This document shows, one piece after another, positions 1 to 13,160 of a DNA stretch of 64,000 nt. The DNA lies in assembly GCA_003427395.1 (NCBI GenBank), contig BFEA01000012.1, forward strand, positions 1,035,059 to 1,099,058. The letters are read 5' to 3'. Made by a program: the position numbers and the translations under genes. This stretch comes from Chara braunii. Lineage: Eukaryota; Plantae; Charophyceae. Numbering within the stretch: the first letter of the stretch is position 1; the number at the start of each line of letters is the position of its first letter. The notes under the pieces are model-generated. The model did not search any database, had not been told where the DNA came from, and saw only the letters and a list, made by a program, of their open reading frames with translations.

Positions 1-1313
1 GCAGCAAGATGGTTGTGTGGTTTAGTGCAGCTCCAGGGGTATGATCATGACTTCCGCGCTTGGGCAGTCACCCAGAAATTGGATGACTTCCTTAAGCTAG
101 TGGAGGAAAGGTGGCATGATCCTTAGGAGGCCCAAAGGGCCATTGACGCGATCCTGACACCGCACACGCGGCAGTTCAAGTCAGTAAGGGAAGCCACCGA
201 TGTTGTTGAGCGTCTGATCTGTGTCCCAGGGGTGCGCTATGACCCCCAGGTTCTACTCACCTCCTACCTGAGATGCTTCTCTTTGCCTCTCAGGACCCAG
301 TTGGCTGGTGAGGCTAACATCAATATGCACAACTTTCCTTCGTTTACCAAGAAGGCCCTAGACCTTGAGGCGAAGATAGGGCATGGACATGCACCCACTA
401 CGGATGGTAGGAAGAAGACACTGCCTCCCAACTGGAAGGCGAAAGGCCGCATAATGTTTGTCGATAACGATGGTTCTACTATCGAGCTAGACGACAACTT
501 CCAGGAGGGAGTAGGTTCAGAGGCGGGCAGCATAGAAGCTTCAGGGGGTGGAGTAGTCGCTGCTGTAACTCAGAAAGGTAAGGCGACCGGTAGACGCCAT
601 GGAGGTTCCCGGTCTAGGAGTCAAGTTGACCCCAATGCTCCTCCATGGGAGAAAGCGGGTCTCACAGAGGACGTGTGGAGAGATCGTTATTCACGACAGA
701 CCTGTGTTCATTGTGGCCAATATAGCCATAACCAGTTCAAGTGCCGCAACAAGAAGGTGACCGATAAGATCCCGCCTACGATGGGGCAGGTGTTGGGATC
801 CTCCCATCCCGTTGGTAGCAACGTGGCTAGTTCTTCTGGCAGTTTCTCCGGGAAACACGTCGGGCCAGTAGGAATAGTAGTTGTTCCTGCTAGGGTCGAG
901 GTGGTGGAGACACCCTCACCATCTCGAGAGATGGCCCAAGCTATTGACTCCAGTGTCGTCCCGCAAACACGTTCAGACCCATCGAGCCTCTGTTCGATGA
1001 ATGTTTTTGAGTCCGTAGAGGAGCTAGAGGTGGAGCGGTCTAGACCAGACCCGCTAGCTTCTTGGACGGCCCTAGTCAAAGCCCCTAAGGGTGAGATGTT
1101 CGTCAGCGAGGTTGTCATTGGCGGTCGCAAGGCCGGGGCCTATTATGACACTTGCTTGACTAGGAACTTTATTAGTCGCGCGTGCGTTGAGAGACTGCGC
1201 TTACAGAGGCAAGTGCAGCGCCTGAGTCGACCTGTGGAATCGACCTGTGCCAACAAACAGCGCATGGTAGTCAATGACTACCTCCAAAATGTGGAGCGTT
1301 GTTTCCCGTACGC
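1..1313 (+). pseudogene. gag with CCHC zinc knuckle plus N-terminal half of the aspartic protease
   Basis: ORF 232-1326 has CVHCGQYSHNQFKC (CX2CX4HX4C) and a degenerate protease site YYDTCLTRNFIS. There is a stop upstream (tag near 124), and the frame ends inside an insertion. Confidence 0.85.
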
Positions 1314-1435
1314 GAGAGGCGGTTAACGGAGACCCAAAATTTCAGTGTTTTTTTAATGCTATTTATAAAAAAACAGAAGGTCTTTTTAACAAAAAATTGC
1401 ATCATTCCATAGAGTGCACACCATATTAACAAACC

Positions 1436-1505
<70 letters not shown>

Positions 1506-1743
1506 AGNNNNNNNNAGTAAGGCAAAAATGCACTTGAATGACATTTTGGATACAGCGAATTTTCAGAATTTTCAATGCGCCAAATGAGACCAAATTTGGT
1601 ACACGACAACCTTGAACTAAAAAAAAAACAGGCAAAAAAAAAAAAACAAAAAAAAAAACATGAAATTTCACCCCCAAACCCTAATTTAAGTTTTGGACCT
1701 GTTACTCAGGAGCTGAAAAGTGGGGGTCCCCGTTAACCACGTG
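1314..1743. mobile_element. MITE-like non-autonomous DNA element inserted in the Gypsy protease
   Basis: Imperfect TIRs GGTTAACGGAGACCCAAAATTTCAG (1321-1345) / CTGAAAAGTGGGGGTCCCCGTTAACC (1713-1738) with an A-rich interior. Removing it rejoins ..CFPYA to EGELRHHVLFLV..DMLLGM. Exact ends and TSD are uncertain. Confidence 0.7.
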
Positions 1744-4700
1744 TGAAGGGGAATTGAGACATCACGTCTTGTTCCTAGTGAGCGATGAACTCCCCATGGA
1801 CATGTTGTTAGGTATGTACTACCTCTCTGTGGCACAGCCCCAGTTTGACTGGGACCGAAAAGTGGTCAAACACACTTTGCCAAGTGGAGGGACCGCCAGA
1901 TTGCACAAGTTCAAAACTAGTAGTCTGATCGAGTCCCATGGATGCATTTGTGCGGCCGCGTTCTATAACTATTATAAGCAAAATCAGGAGGAGGGTATGT
2001 ACTTAGTCTATGTCTCTGCTGCAGGCGAGCCGATGAAAATGCTACCGGAGAAAATGCCGCCAGAGATTAGAGGGAGTAGTTGCCAAGTACCCTGATTTAT
2101 TTGAAGAGCCGACAGGGGTAGAGAGGGAGGTCGTCCATGCAATAGAGATTATCCCAGGGTCTAGCATCCCGAAGGGTAAGATCTATCGGATGTCTCCAGG
2201 CGAGCTCGATGAGCTTCGCCGACAGCTCAAGGAACTCGTAGAGAAGGGTTGGATCTGGCCGAGTGTCTCTCCTTATGCATCTCCAGTACTATTCGTACCT
2301 AAGAAGAAGGAGGGTACACTTAGGATGTGCATTGACTATAAGGGCCTCAATGCCGTCACTGTAAAGAACAGAGAGCCCCTACCTCACATCGATGATCTGT
2401 TAGATAGAGGGCAAGGGTGTCGGTACTTCAGTAAGATAGATATGAAGTCCGGGTACCATCAGATTGCAATCCGGCCCGAGGATCAACACAAAACCGCCTT
2501 TCAGACCAGGTACGGTCTGTACGAGTTTGTGGTGATGCTTTCGGCCTTTACAATGCTCCTGGCACCTTTCAGCACGCTATGAATCGGATATTCCATGACT
2601 ACTTGGATAAGTTTGTCATCGTGTACCTCGATGACATACTTATTTTTAGTAAGATTGTCGAGGAGCACGTTGCACACTTGGGCAAAGTCCTCAGCCTCCT
2701 ACGACAGCACAAGTTCAAGATCAACGGTGAGAAGTGCGAGTTTGGCCCACCCGTGTCTTGTACTTGGGTCATGAGATTTCTGCGGAAGGGTTAAAGCCCG
2801 ATGACGTGAAGGTGGCCAACATTCGTGACTGGCCACGTCCTCAGTCTGTGACTGAGATGAGATCATTCTTAGGGATGGCTGGCTACTATCGCAACTTCGT
2901 GGAGAACTATAGCATAGTTGCCGCCCCTTTGACTGATCTGACCCGTCTTGACACCCCATGGGAGTGGACTGAGAGATGCGAGGCTGCTTTCAGACATCTG
3001 AAGCATGCGTTGACGCATTACGAAGTCTTGAAACTTCCTGATCCTGATAAGCCATTTATAGTGACTACGGATGCTAGCCAATATGGCATAGGTGTCGTAC
3101 TTGCACAACAGGAGGGGAAAAAGTTGAGGCCTATCGAGTACATGTCCAAAAAGATGCCCTCTCAAAAGTTGGCTAAGTCCACCTATGAGAAGAAACTATA
3201 TGCGATTTATAAGGCTCTGACCCATTGGAGACACTATCTCCTTGGGAGGTTCTTTATCCTCATGACTGATCATCAGACCCTGAGATGGATGAGAACTCAG
3301 CCGGTACTCTCCAACGCTCTCAAGCGTTGGATCGAAGTCATAGAGCGGTATGACTTCGAGCCCCAACACGTCAAGGGCGAGTACAACAAGGTTGTTGATG
3401 CCTTGTCGCATAGACCTGATTTCTCAGGTGCGCTGATTACTGAGTTTAATCTTGCGGGCAATGTTACCCAGTCTTTGGTGGCAGCCTATCGCGAGGATCC
3501 GTTCATGTCTGACATCATCCGCAGACTCGAGGCGAAGGACAAAGTGACTTCTGTTGAGTTTGAGTTGGTCAACGGCTTGTTGTTCCTTGAGAAGGCTGGG
3601 AATAAACGTTTGTGTGTCCCAAATAGCGAGTCTTTGCGTAGTTTGTTTTTAGGTGAGTGCCATGACGCCACCGACCATTTTGGGTACAAGAAGACCGCAG
3701 CCAATTTGCTGCAGCGGTTCTGGTGGCCCACGATGATGCGAGATGCCCAGCTATACGTGGAGACTTGTCAAGTCCGTCAAAGAGACAAGCCACGTACTCA
3801 GGCTCCTCTTGGGCTCCTGAAGCCCCTTCCGATTCCGGAAAGGCCTGGTGAAAGTTGTCCATGGACTTCATGGATACGCTGGTCACCAGCAAGAGTGGGA
3901 TGAGACACATCTTCGTTATTGTGGATAGATTTAGTAAATATGCTAGATTAGTAGCAATGCCAGAAACAGCAAGGACGAAGTACGTGATTAGAATGTTTAA
4001 GGAGAACTGGGTCAGGGATTTTGGTTTACCGAAATCCATTATCAGTGACAGGGATGTCCGATTTACCAGCGAATTGTGGAAGGTCGCTGCTGCAGAGCAA
4101 GGAACCCAGTTGCAAATGACTTCTGGGAATCACCCAGAAGCCAACGGCCAGGCCAAGCAACTGAATAGCGTTGTGCAACATCTGTTAAGGCATTACATCA
4201 AGCCCAACCAGGTGGACTGGGATGAGAAGCTTGCTCTCATAGCCAGTCTGTACAACAATGTTGTACATAGCGCCACCGGGGTGAGCCGAAACAGTTTGCT
4301 GTTGACTTTCAAGCCTAGACTACCCTTATATTTTCTCCTTCCTGAGAATCAGACAGCTGCTGCACCGGGTACTTCAGAATTTGCTTATCGGTATGAACAG
4401 AAGATGCAGCAGGCTGTAGAACAGATGCAGAAGGCACAAGCGGCAATGATCGAATCTGCGAACAAACACCGTCGTGAGTCTTCATTTTAGGTTGGGGACA
4501 GAGTCTGGGTTAAGTCCTCAGAACTGGTACAGGAGCACGGGATCTCCCGCAAGCTCATGCCACAGTACTTTGGACCATGGGAAGTCTTAGATATTGTGGT
4601 GACTGATCCGGATGGACCCTCTTACGTAATCCGGATCCCTGGTCATCTTCGTACTTACCCTGTCTTTCACGCCTCCAAGCTGGCACCTTTTAAAGAAACT

Positions 4701-4982
4701 GATCAGTTTTCATCTCGCCGCTCGATGCGGCCCCCAACCATGGACGGAGAGGTGGACATCGATGACATTGTGGACCAAAGAGAGCTGCCGGTATCAAGAC
4801 CAACAGGCAGGGGACGTCCTCCGAAACCGAGGCTGCAGTATCGCGTTCGGTTCCAGCATCACACTGATCCAAAGGAGGACCGCTGGTTCACCAGGGAGGA
4901 ACTCATGCTGACCGCCCCGCAAGTTGTAGCCCATTACGACAAATCTCTGCAGAAGGGAAAGCGCCCAGTGATTGAAGACTGA
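1744..4982 (+). pseudogene. pol: protease C-half, RT, RNase H, integrase (GPY/F) and chromodomain; frameshifted
   Basis: RT: [36 protein letters not shown]: VTTDASQYGIG. IN: SMDF..VIVDRFSK, ISDRDVRF, HPEANGQ. Then YFGPWEV and chromodomain IDDIVDQR..QYRVRF..EDRWFTREEL. Confidence 0.93.
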
Positions 4983-5006
4983 GCTTCTCAGAGGACGGTT
5001 GAAGCT

Positions 5007-5019
5007 GAGGAGGAGGGAA
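5007..5019 (+). other. Polypurine tract
   Basis: GAGGAGGAGGGAA immediately before the TG at 5020, just downstream of the pol stop. Confidence 0.8.
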
Positions 5020-5456
5020 TGCGAGGCCACTGCCTCTATAAGCCCCATTCAGCCCCTTTTCGGGAACCCGTCGGCCGCCCTAAGTGAAGGCAGGCTTGAC
5101 GAGGCCTTCAGGGCCCTACTCTGGCCATGCTACGCAAGCGCTGCTGCGCTATTTGCTGGCTGGCGCCTACGCTCTCACGGGCGAGCAGGGAAGGAGCACG
5201 CAGCCATAGCCAAGTTGCGCTGCTGTAAGCTGGGTGAGGCACAGGGTGGTCCTTGGGTGCAAGTGGCATCTGTGTGTTGGGGAACGAGGTTGTGAGTGTA
5301 GCGGGAGACATACCTGGTGCTGGAAGCGTGCGACATTGGTCGTTGTATGCTCGTACTTTGGAAAGTTGTTGTCGTCAACATTCGGCATTGTAGTCTAGGC
5401 TAGATAGGATCTGTCATCAGTAGTCTGGGCGTCGAGCGCCAGATCGGATATCAACA
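5020..5456 (+). repeat. 3' LTR (~437 bp)
   Basis: Starts TG right after the PPT. The putative end ..ATATCAACA at 5456 is followed by a composition change. The 5' LTR is not in the window, so the right boundary is unconfirmed. Confidence 0.65.
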
Positions 5457-6989
5457 CTGGTTCTTCATTGATGATGATGATGATGAGACATTGCCAGCAT
5501 TGTCAATTTTGAGCTCTTGGTGTCTTCTTATTTGGTGAAACTCGTGATGCAATTCTGCAGTTGGTTTGAGGTCACGACTATCTGGTCTTGTGAATATGAT
5601 GTTGTTTGATTGCTGAAGTTTGCTACTGCTCATCTTCCTTGCATATGTCTTATACATGTCCAAATGGTTCCCGTCCTCTATCTTCATCGACTTATTTCGT
5701 CCCCTGAGTTTAGGAAACATGAGAACAACTAAAATCTATTTGCGGTAGACATGTTCTTTCTTTCTAAGAAGCATCTGGGGCGGGGGTTCCTTGCATTAGG
5801 AGCCGACCATGTTATCGACCCAGAGTGGACCATTCTAGGGGGTACTCTGCCGGTTCGGTGGATACGTCCCGACTTCTGAGATCGGAGTTTTGTGCGAAAG
5901 CAAAGAGTACGCCAGACCATTTCCTAGAGGGTGGGACATGCAACACTTCTAGTAAAGCACCTGATTAAAAATCATCTGCAAAGCAGTCTGTCATAAAAAA
6001 AAAGTAAAAAATGTATGGAGGTGGGTGGGTGTGTATTCAATCTTAGGTCGACGGTACGGGGGAATTGATGACTTTGGCAGCGCGTCTCATCAAGTCAGAA
6101 CTAGGGCAATCTGACTACCTTGTCGGCTGCATCGAGGTTACTGTCGAAGCCAACTTTTCGTTGGCGGCTCAATATGATTATTTTTGTTCAACGAGTTCGA
6201 CCCGAGGTGGTTGTTTTTTTATTTCAGTCTTGCGCTATTAGTTCTACCATGTGGTGCTTAGGTTCTTTCAGTTATCCTTTCAACTTATGTTGAACCGTAT
6301 ATACATGCTTATCAGCTACAATCATTTCGTTTGGATGTAATTGAGTGCGGTTGTTATCACTTTTTTTTTGCTGGTGTTTAAGGGACTTGGATTGAATTGT
6401 GGGTTTCATGCTTGGTTGAAACTATCCTAGTCGACCGACGTTTGTTTCGTACCTAGGAGATCAGTGCCCTAGGGAATGAATGACGTCTGGGTTTAGATGG
6501 CGTTTTAACAAAGCGTACTTGTACTGCTGCGAACTCAATCGACCTACCTCTACGATTGCAAATAGAAGTTTTCTTAGCTCGGTAGGGATACACCCTTAAG
6601 GGTGGTGACAACCCCTTATGGAAGGTAGATTGTGCCTTGCAGGAATCTATCCTGTCGTAGGGGACTGCGAGAGGTACAGCTTGCGCACCTGGCTAGAGCG
6701 GCGAAAAGACGATGCAACCACGCTCGTCTCGACGACCCGCGGGATTATTTATACGTTGTCCCCAAGTTGTCTCTTGTTTTTTTCTTTAACTCCTACATGA
6801 CATGGTCGGGAGGGCTCTCGCCTTTTGTGAAAAAATGCGGGAGCCGAACCGATGCACTCGACAGCGCGAACAATGAAGGTTCATTCTCATTGTGCATTTT
6901 TCAAGAGTTTCTCTCTCTCNNNNNNNNNNNNNNNNNNNNNNNNNNNNNNNNNNNNNNNNNNNNNNNNNNNNNNNNNNNNNNNNNNNNNN

Positions 6990-7080
<91 letters not shown>

Positions 7081-8524
7081 CGCCCGCCCGCCCGTGCCTG
7101 CCACCCCGTTGCCCACCAAGAACCCCCCGCAACTCGTCTAAACCCCCACAAACGTCCAGAGGTGCCCGTGGGAACATGTTCGCAGGCCACTAATTAATGT
7201 GCGCTAGAACACGTCAGGGATAAATATGTGTGAATGCGTGAACATGCTCGGGTGTTTGCAAAGCTGCCAAAATGTCGAACGTGCTACACAAGTGCACGTG
7301 TTTTCGATTGTCATTGGTGATGACGACCTCTCCCTCCAACCTTCCTGCTTCTTCCCAACTCTCTTAGGCTCACCCTTCCTGATTTTTCGACTTGCACGAT
7401 CAATTTTGTTATTTCTATACATAGATTTCACAAGTGTATAGGGCAGATTCTCAACCCTCGGAATGTCATTTTGGTGAATAGGTAGGGTGTGCTAAGTGTG
7501 TCAATTGTGCCCATAAGGCATGTACCCATCATTGCACAACAAATAAGATGTGGATTTGTCCTCTTTGTAGAGAAGACAAAATTCTCGCGGAACAAGGATT
7601 TTAGTTGCACGGATTGACGTTCTTGAGTATGATGAGAAGTATTGGCGTTTGGAGGTCTGGACGAATAAAATTTTATGGATAAAATAAGTGGGAAATATTT
7701 TAGACGTTTATACTAAGGACAACAAACGACGTGCTACGAAGAGGTGTAAAGATTATCGATGGAAAGACGATCACTGAGATAAACGAAAAACTGACGGATT
7801 CAGACTGTGGTTAAGTGTCCCCCATCCCTTCCAACGGTATGATTGGACAAAAACCGCACACGAGGAGGAGGCCATTCATTTCGCGGTAGGAGTCGCAGAG
7901 AACGTGATTGATCATAATCAATGGCACTGGTTCAATATTTGTGACGACATAAAATATATGGTAAGAATTGTTTAGTATGTATCGAGGATCGGGCCCCGAT
8001 CCAAGCCCCAAATACGATCATTCCTACCTATGTGAAACGTCCTTTCCAACGTGTCAGCATGGACTGAGTGTGTGGAAATGGATTCAACAATGGTCCCGTT
8101 GTCAAGCGCATTGGTCCCGCACGGGGACCCTCCCAAACTCGTCACGCATAATTTTGCAGGACTTCACGGACACAAATAAAAACGTGTCCTTGCCGCTCCG
8201 TCCGAGTGCGCTATCCATACCTCTCGTGAACCCCTACGATAGGATAGGGTCACGTGAGTTACAACTTACCTCCACCCGGGGGAGTGGTCACCTCCCTAGG
8301 TAGGCGTATTCCCACCGAGCTACCAAGTCACATGCGAAGGTCTTTTCATATATAATACGCAAAGGTGTTCCAGCCGAGGGTGTTTCTCATTCGCTGTAGC
8401 ATAGGGGATACGAGTGGTCCAACACCCAAATCGAACCCATACTCGAACCGTCGCTTGGGACGTTGATTTCCCAAGCGCGATTCCGCGCCGGTCGACTAGG
8501 ACGGTCAGTCTAACCACGCAATAA

Positions 8525-8525
<1 letters not shown>

Positions 8526-8568
<43 letters not shown>

Positions 8569-9900
8569 CCTTCTATTGGTGGGGAGCAGCACCTGCTGGA
8601 AACCGGGTCCAACGTCCCATAGATACAACCATATCCTCACAAATTGGCACGAACTGGGAACCGGGCCCAGCGTCCCATAACGAGTACGTTAAAAAAACTT
8701 CATCAGAAAATTTCATGAAAATGAGACAAAGAACTACTAGAAAAATCTAATTGGCCTAAGGATGGAATTTTGGAACATAAGATACCGGGGCCATTACCCG
8801 TCTTGGCTCGGAGAATTGGAGTTACTTCAAACATGTCTATGACAACATCATGATTAAGCAAAATTCAGAAACGACTCGGAAACCCCCCCATCAATCCACT
8901 TTACCTCACTCCGGCAAGACTGACTGCAGCGGAGCCACCATCTCTGCTGCTGCTATGCCATACTTCCATCCTACCAGCTAGCCCCCTCACTGGTAGGACG
9001 CGTGATAACCCACCATCATCTCCTACTCACCTTATTTTCTTTTTGCGGTACCTAAGAACTCTTACCGTCATTCCATGAGCATGAGAATAGGCCACAGAGG
9101 TCCTACGATTGTTCCAACAACCTTGAAATCCTACACAAACCCTTCCAACGTTCTCCAAAACTGTCGTACTCTCTGCCGATCTCTTCTAGGTTTCACACCC
9201 CCCCTTCTGCTGGGTTACAGGGCAACACAACTCACCCCAGCTCCGACCAGTGTCGTCCCGGCAGCAACCCTTGGTTGTCCCGTGGAACGCCCACCCCAAG
9301 ACTTCCCCTGATCTCTCTACCAGACCTCACGCTCCTGCATCGCAGGTTACAGGGCAACACCCCAGCACCGGTCAGCATTGTTCTGGCATCGAACAACCGC
9401 AGATCACTGAGTATAACAACATTGAAGCCACCTAAGATGAGTTAGTAGGGATCCCAAAGTCGGAAAAAACATTCCTAGGACCACTAAGCACCCAACTCTT
9501 TTTGAGACATTCGAAAAACTTTAGAAAAATATAAGAGCGGGGGGGGCAAGACTAAAACTGCCTACTATCCTAGATTCCCCCTTCCAACAGATGGAGCGTC
9601 TGTCCAGGCTTTCAGTCCTCGTACCAGAACTCACTTGATCTCATACCCCCTTCTGCTAGGGTAACAGGGCACCACAACCCTCCCCAGTACCGATCAACCT
9701 AGCTCTGACGGACAGGAAGTGCCTTCCTCCCTCGACAATTCCCTTAGCGGCAAGCCCCTAAGCAGGTTACAGGGTCAATACCCCGGCGCCAACTACGTCG
9801 GACGATCTTGTTATGCCTTCCACCCTCGGCATAACTTCCCAGGCCTCAAGCTCCCCCTGGGTTACAGAGCAAAGACTCCGGCACCGGCCTGTGTCGTCCC
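8526..9900 (-). mobile_element. Non-coding poly(A)-terminated non-LTR element (LINE 3' UTR or long SINE) carrying five structured RNA modules
   Basis: Poly(T) at 8526-8560 on +, adjacent LINE-type 3' motif (8567-8617), TCCAATTCTC motif (8811-8820 -) and repeated modules at 9189-9889. The 5' boundary is unknown. Confidence 0.55.
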
Positions 9901-11675
9901 AGCCTCGTCCTTCTAACCTACTTACCCTAACAAACAACCCTTTTTGTTGAAAATCCCCTTGCTACCTTCCTTCCTTTAAGTCTAGCTTCCCCCTCCCGTC
10001 GGCTCACTGTGTAGCCATCGAAGTCACTCCTTCCCTCAAAAAATAAAATCCTAACACACTGCTATAAGCAGCCACCCCCTTGCCTTCTCTCCCCACCCGC
10101 CAGTACTGATCCGACCCTAAATCAGTCTGGCTAAAAGAAACAATCCCCCAATACCGCCTCCCCCCTCTAAGAATAACACCTCCCACCTTGTGAACCCTCA
10201 CGGGGGGAGGCTCCAACCCTCAAGGAAGACCCCACAGATATACACAGCAAGCCACAATTACACCCCTCAAATCCAAGAAGTTGAGATTAGCAAGCAATCC
10301 GAATCAAAATTTACCGCACGGTGAAAATTTACCGCACGGTGTTATGATTAGCAACCATAGGGTTTTGAAAAAATACTATAATAACCTACTTTTAGGCATC
10401 GAAAATCAGGATGAGTTTGTATCAGAAATCAAGAAAAACAATCAAAGACCATACGATCAATGATAAGGAAAACTACTGAGTGACAACATTTACGAGAAAT
10501 TATACGAAGTTTAGGTTTAGATATCCATAAAGGATTTTCGAATCAGATTCCCAAACCACAGTTTGAGAAACGTTTAGCAAAGATGTATGGCACGAAAAAA
10601 GTCTAAGAAAATATTTTCAAGAAACCATATTATCAGAACTTCAGAGGGAACCACCAACAGAAAACTGAATCAGATCATCATCATGTAGAAAGAATATCCA
10701 GAATTACAAACTAAAAAAAAAAAACAAGTGAATTCAGAATAGAGAAGACAAAATTCAAAAAACCTAATTAGATCATCATCATTGGTAAACATCAGCTATG
10801 CAAATCGAAGTAATCCAGATTGGTGAATATGACTGAAACCATTATACACATATGATCAGCGAGAGGGACTATCAAAGAAAAAACAAACTCATCCTCAAGA
10901 CGCAATCAACAAGGCGAAAAAAACTCGGCCACAGCGCCCTCGCACTCCAGATGCCCTCGTGACGAAAAACGCAGCTGCCGCCGATACCGCTTGGCCCTTC
11001 TTCAAAAACCTCGGACTCGATGTCACCTCCAATCCTCCTCCCACTCCACGTGAGTACACGCTCCTCCCTTTCAGCCTGCATCAGCCGACCATCCTCCACA
11101 AAACTGCGCAGGCAGAGAAGCAAAGGCAACCAATATGCCAAGAATCTCATGAAGACCCCCCCCCTTTCAAAGGCAGACTTCCCTTCATCCAGCGTTCTGG
11201 CCTGCAGCATCACTAGGTGAAGCGTGAAGCCGGAGATGGCACCACCTGTGCTTTCAAAAGGCAGGCCACACCAAGTCGCGCCACATCATCTCTACCCTCC
11301 CGCTATCATGTCTCGCGCCCACCGCCCCCACCCGCCCACCGCGTCGCCAGACTCTCTGTTAGCTCCTGCGTCGCACCGCGTCCGCTCCGATGGTGCTCCA
11401 GCGGGGGCGCAACGCTCCTGGTCGCGCTGCGCCCCCCGAGCAACTACACCTTCTCGTTCGAGCCAGTCCGCAAAAGAAAAACTTACGTTTATGTGTAGTT
11501 AACGCCTATTCCTTTTTTCCACTCAACCCATAACTATTTTTCACATGAACAAGCTAGCGTCGAGTACGAGGCGTTGAATAAATGATGAGGCAACGTGAAC
11601 CTCATCATATCGACTAGCCATGCATAGCAATGCGAGCAGTCGGAGCGATGACATACTATGTGGTACCCATAACTA

Positions 11676-11981
<306 letters not shown>

Positions 11982-12792
11982 TCAAGGGGTCGGTCCCTTA
12001 GTGGGCGCAAAAGCAGACCGAACACTCCGCCATCTTCTGCACCCTATTGTGCCTCTAGTGGGACAGGGTAAGATGGCGCTGAGGGCATGGGAATTAAGGT
12101 AGTGGTGAGTTGTCTGACACACCACACGCAACTCGCTAACCCTTCTACCCGGAACTCTATCGTTCCAGCAAGATAAGATTGACAAGCAAACTTAAGGGAT
12201 TCCCTCTTTCTCTCGACCCAATTCATTCAATCCTCGCACATGGTCAATCAAGTCGTGCGAGTGCACAATGCATAACCATAGTGAATCATTGAACATGAGG
12301 CGATCACTCTTACAATCACAGTGTGATTTCCTTCCAATTTTGTAAGCGACCATAGGCAAAGATTAATCCAAATTGCACACATACCTGCGGTCCCATAAAA
12401 GTTCGACATAGACAGATCACGCACCAAAAGGGTCAACTTTTACCACTCTCTACACTCGCACACACCCCTTGCCTTATTCACACAGGCCCCAACCTTTGTC
12501 CAACCTTCCCAAGAAGAAAACACTCTGTCCTTTTTAAATGACCATTTAAATAAAGTCCGGGTAAAACCCAATGAAACAGATCAACCCAGAAGGGCTAAGG
12601 CCTTAGGTTGAGTTGCGAGAATGGATTGAAGTTGAGTCATAAACGATTTGATAACAGAGGAAGTTGGTCCTTGTAGAATTAGGCTGACACTAGTCAAGCC
12701 TTGAGTCAAATCGAATGAAACGGACCTAGTAGACAGCACAGACCAGTATCCAAAGCTACACTTACGCGTATAGAGGGTGAACCTCATATCAT

Positions 12793-13043
12793 CTAGGCTA
12801 CCAGAGTGGCCCGGGACCATTTTCCCGGCCGGGCCAAAAAAAAAAAAAACCTATTTTTTTATTTTTTATTTTATTTGAAATTTGGTAAAGAATTTCGATG
12901 TAACCTTGGGGCAAAAGTTGTTCAGTTTATTTTTCTGCATAAAATGTTTATTTTATTTTTTTTGCTGGGACCTTCCCTGGTCCTTGCATGGCCGGACCAC
13001 CTGGGAAAACAGGGTGACCCAGGCGGACCAGCTGGTAGTCTAG
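12793..13043. mobile_element. 251-bp MITE with 12-bp TIRs and an 8-bp TSD (hAT-like TSD length)
   Basis: Ends CTAGGCTACCAG / CTGGTAGTCTAG. Flanks are CATATCAT (12785-12792) and CATATCAC (13044-13051). Related ends occur at 59775-59817 and 62506-62564. Confidence 0.8.
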
Positions 13044-13053
13044 CATATCACCC

Positions 13054-13160
13054 TTTCTTTTTTCTTTTTTCTTTTTTAATTTGGACCATTTTTCGATTTA
13101 TGAGTGTCGTCCTTGCACAGGGGCCATGCTTATCTTCTCTGTATCGTTCCAATTTTAACA
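13054..13160 (-). pseudogene. U6: U6 snRNA processed pseudogene, 5'-truncated, with A-rich tail
   Basis: Minus strand reads TGTTAAAATTGGAACGATACAGAGAAGATAAGCATGGCCCCTGTGCAAGGACGACACTCATAAATCGAAAAATGGTCCAAATT, then an A-rich tail, with a 15-bp TSD AACCTCATATCACCC. Confidence 0.92.

Larger units (their letters stand above)
1..5456 (+). mobile_element. Ty3/Gypsy LTR retrotransposon (chromovirus), decayed; 5' end lies outside the window
   Basis: Domain order gag-PR-RT-RH-IN-chromodomain across frameshifted ORFs, followed by a PPT and a TG..CA LTR. Confidence 0.95.

Noticed and set aside
7940-8332. Possible solo LTR (TGTGAC...GTCACA)
   Set aside because: No matching TSD (ATATT vs TGCGA) and no second copy in the window.
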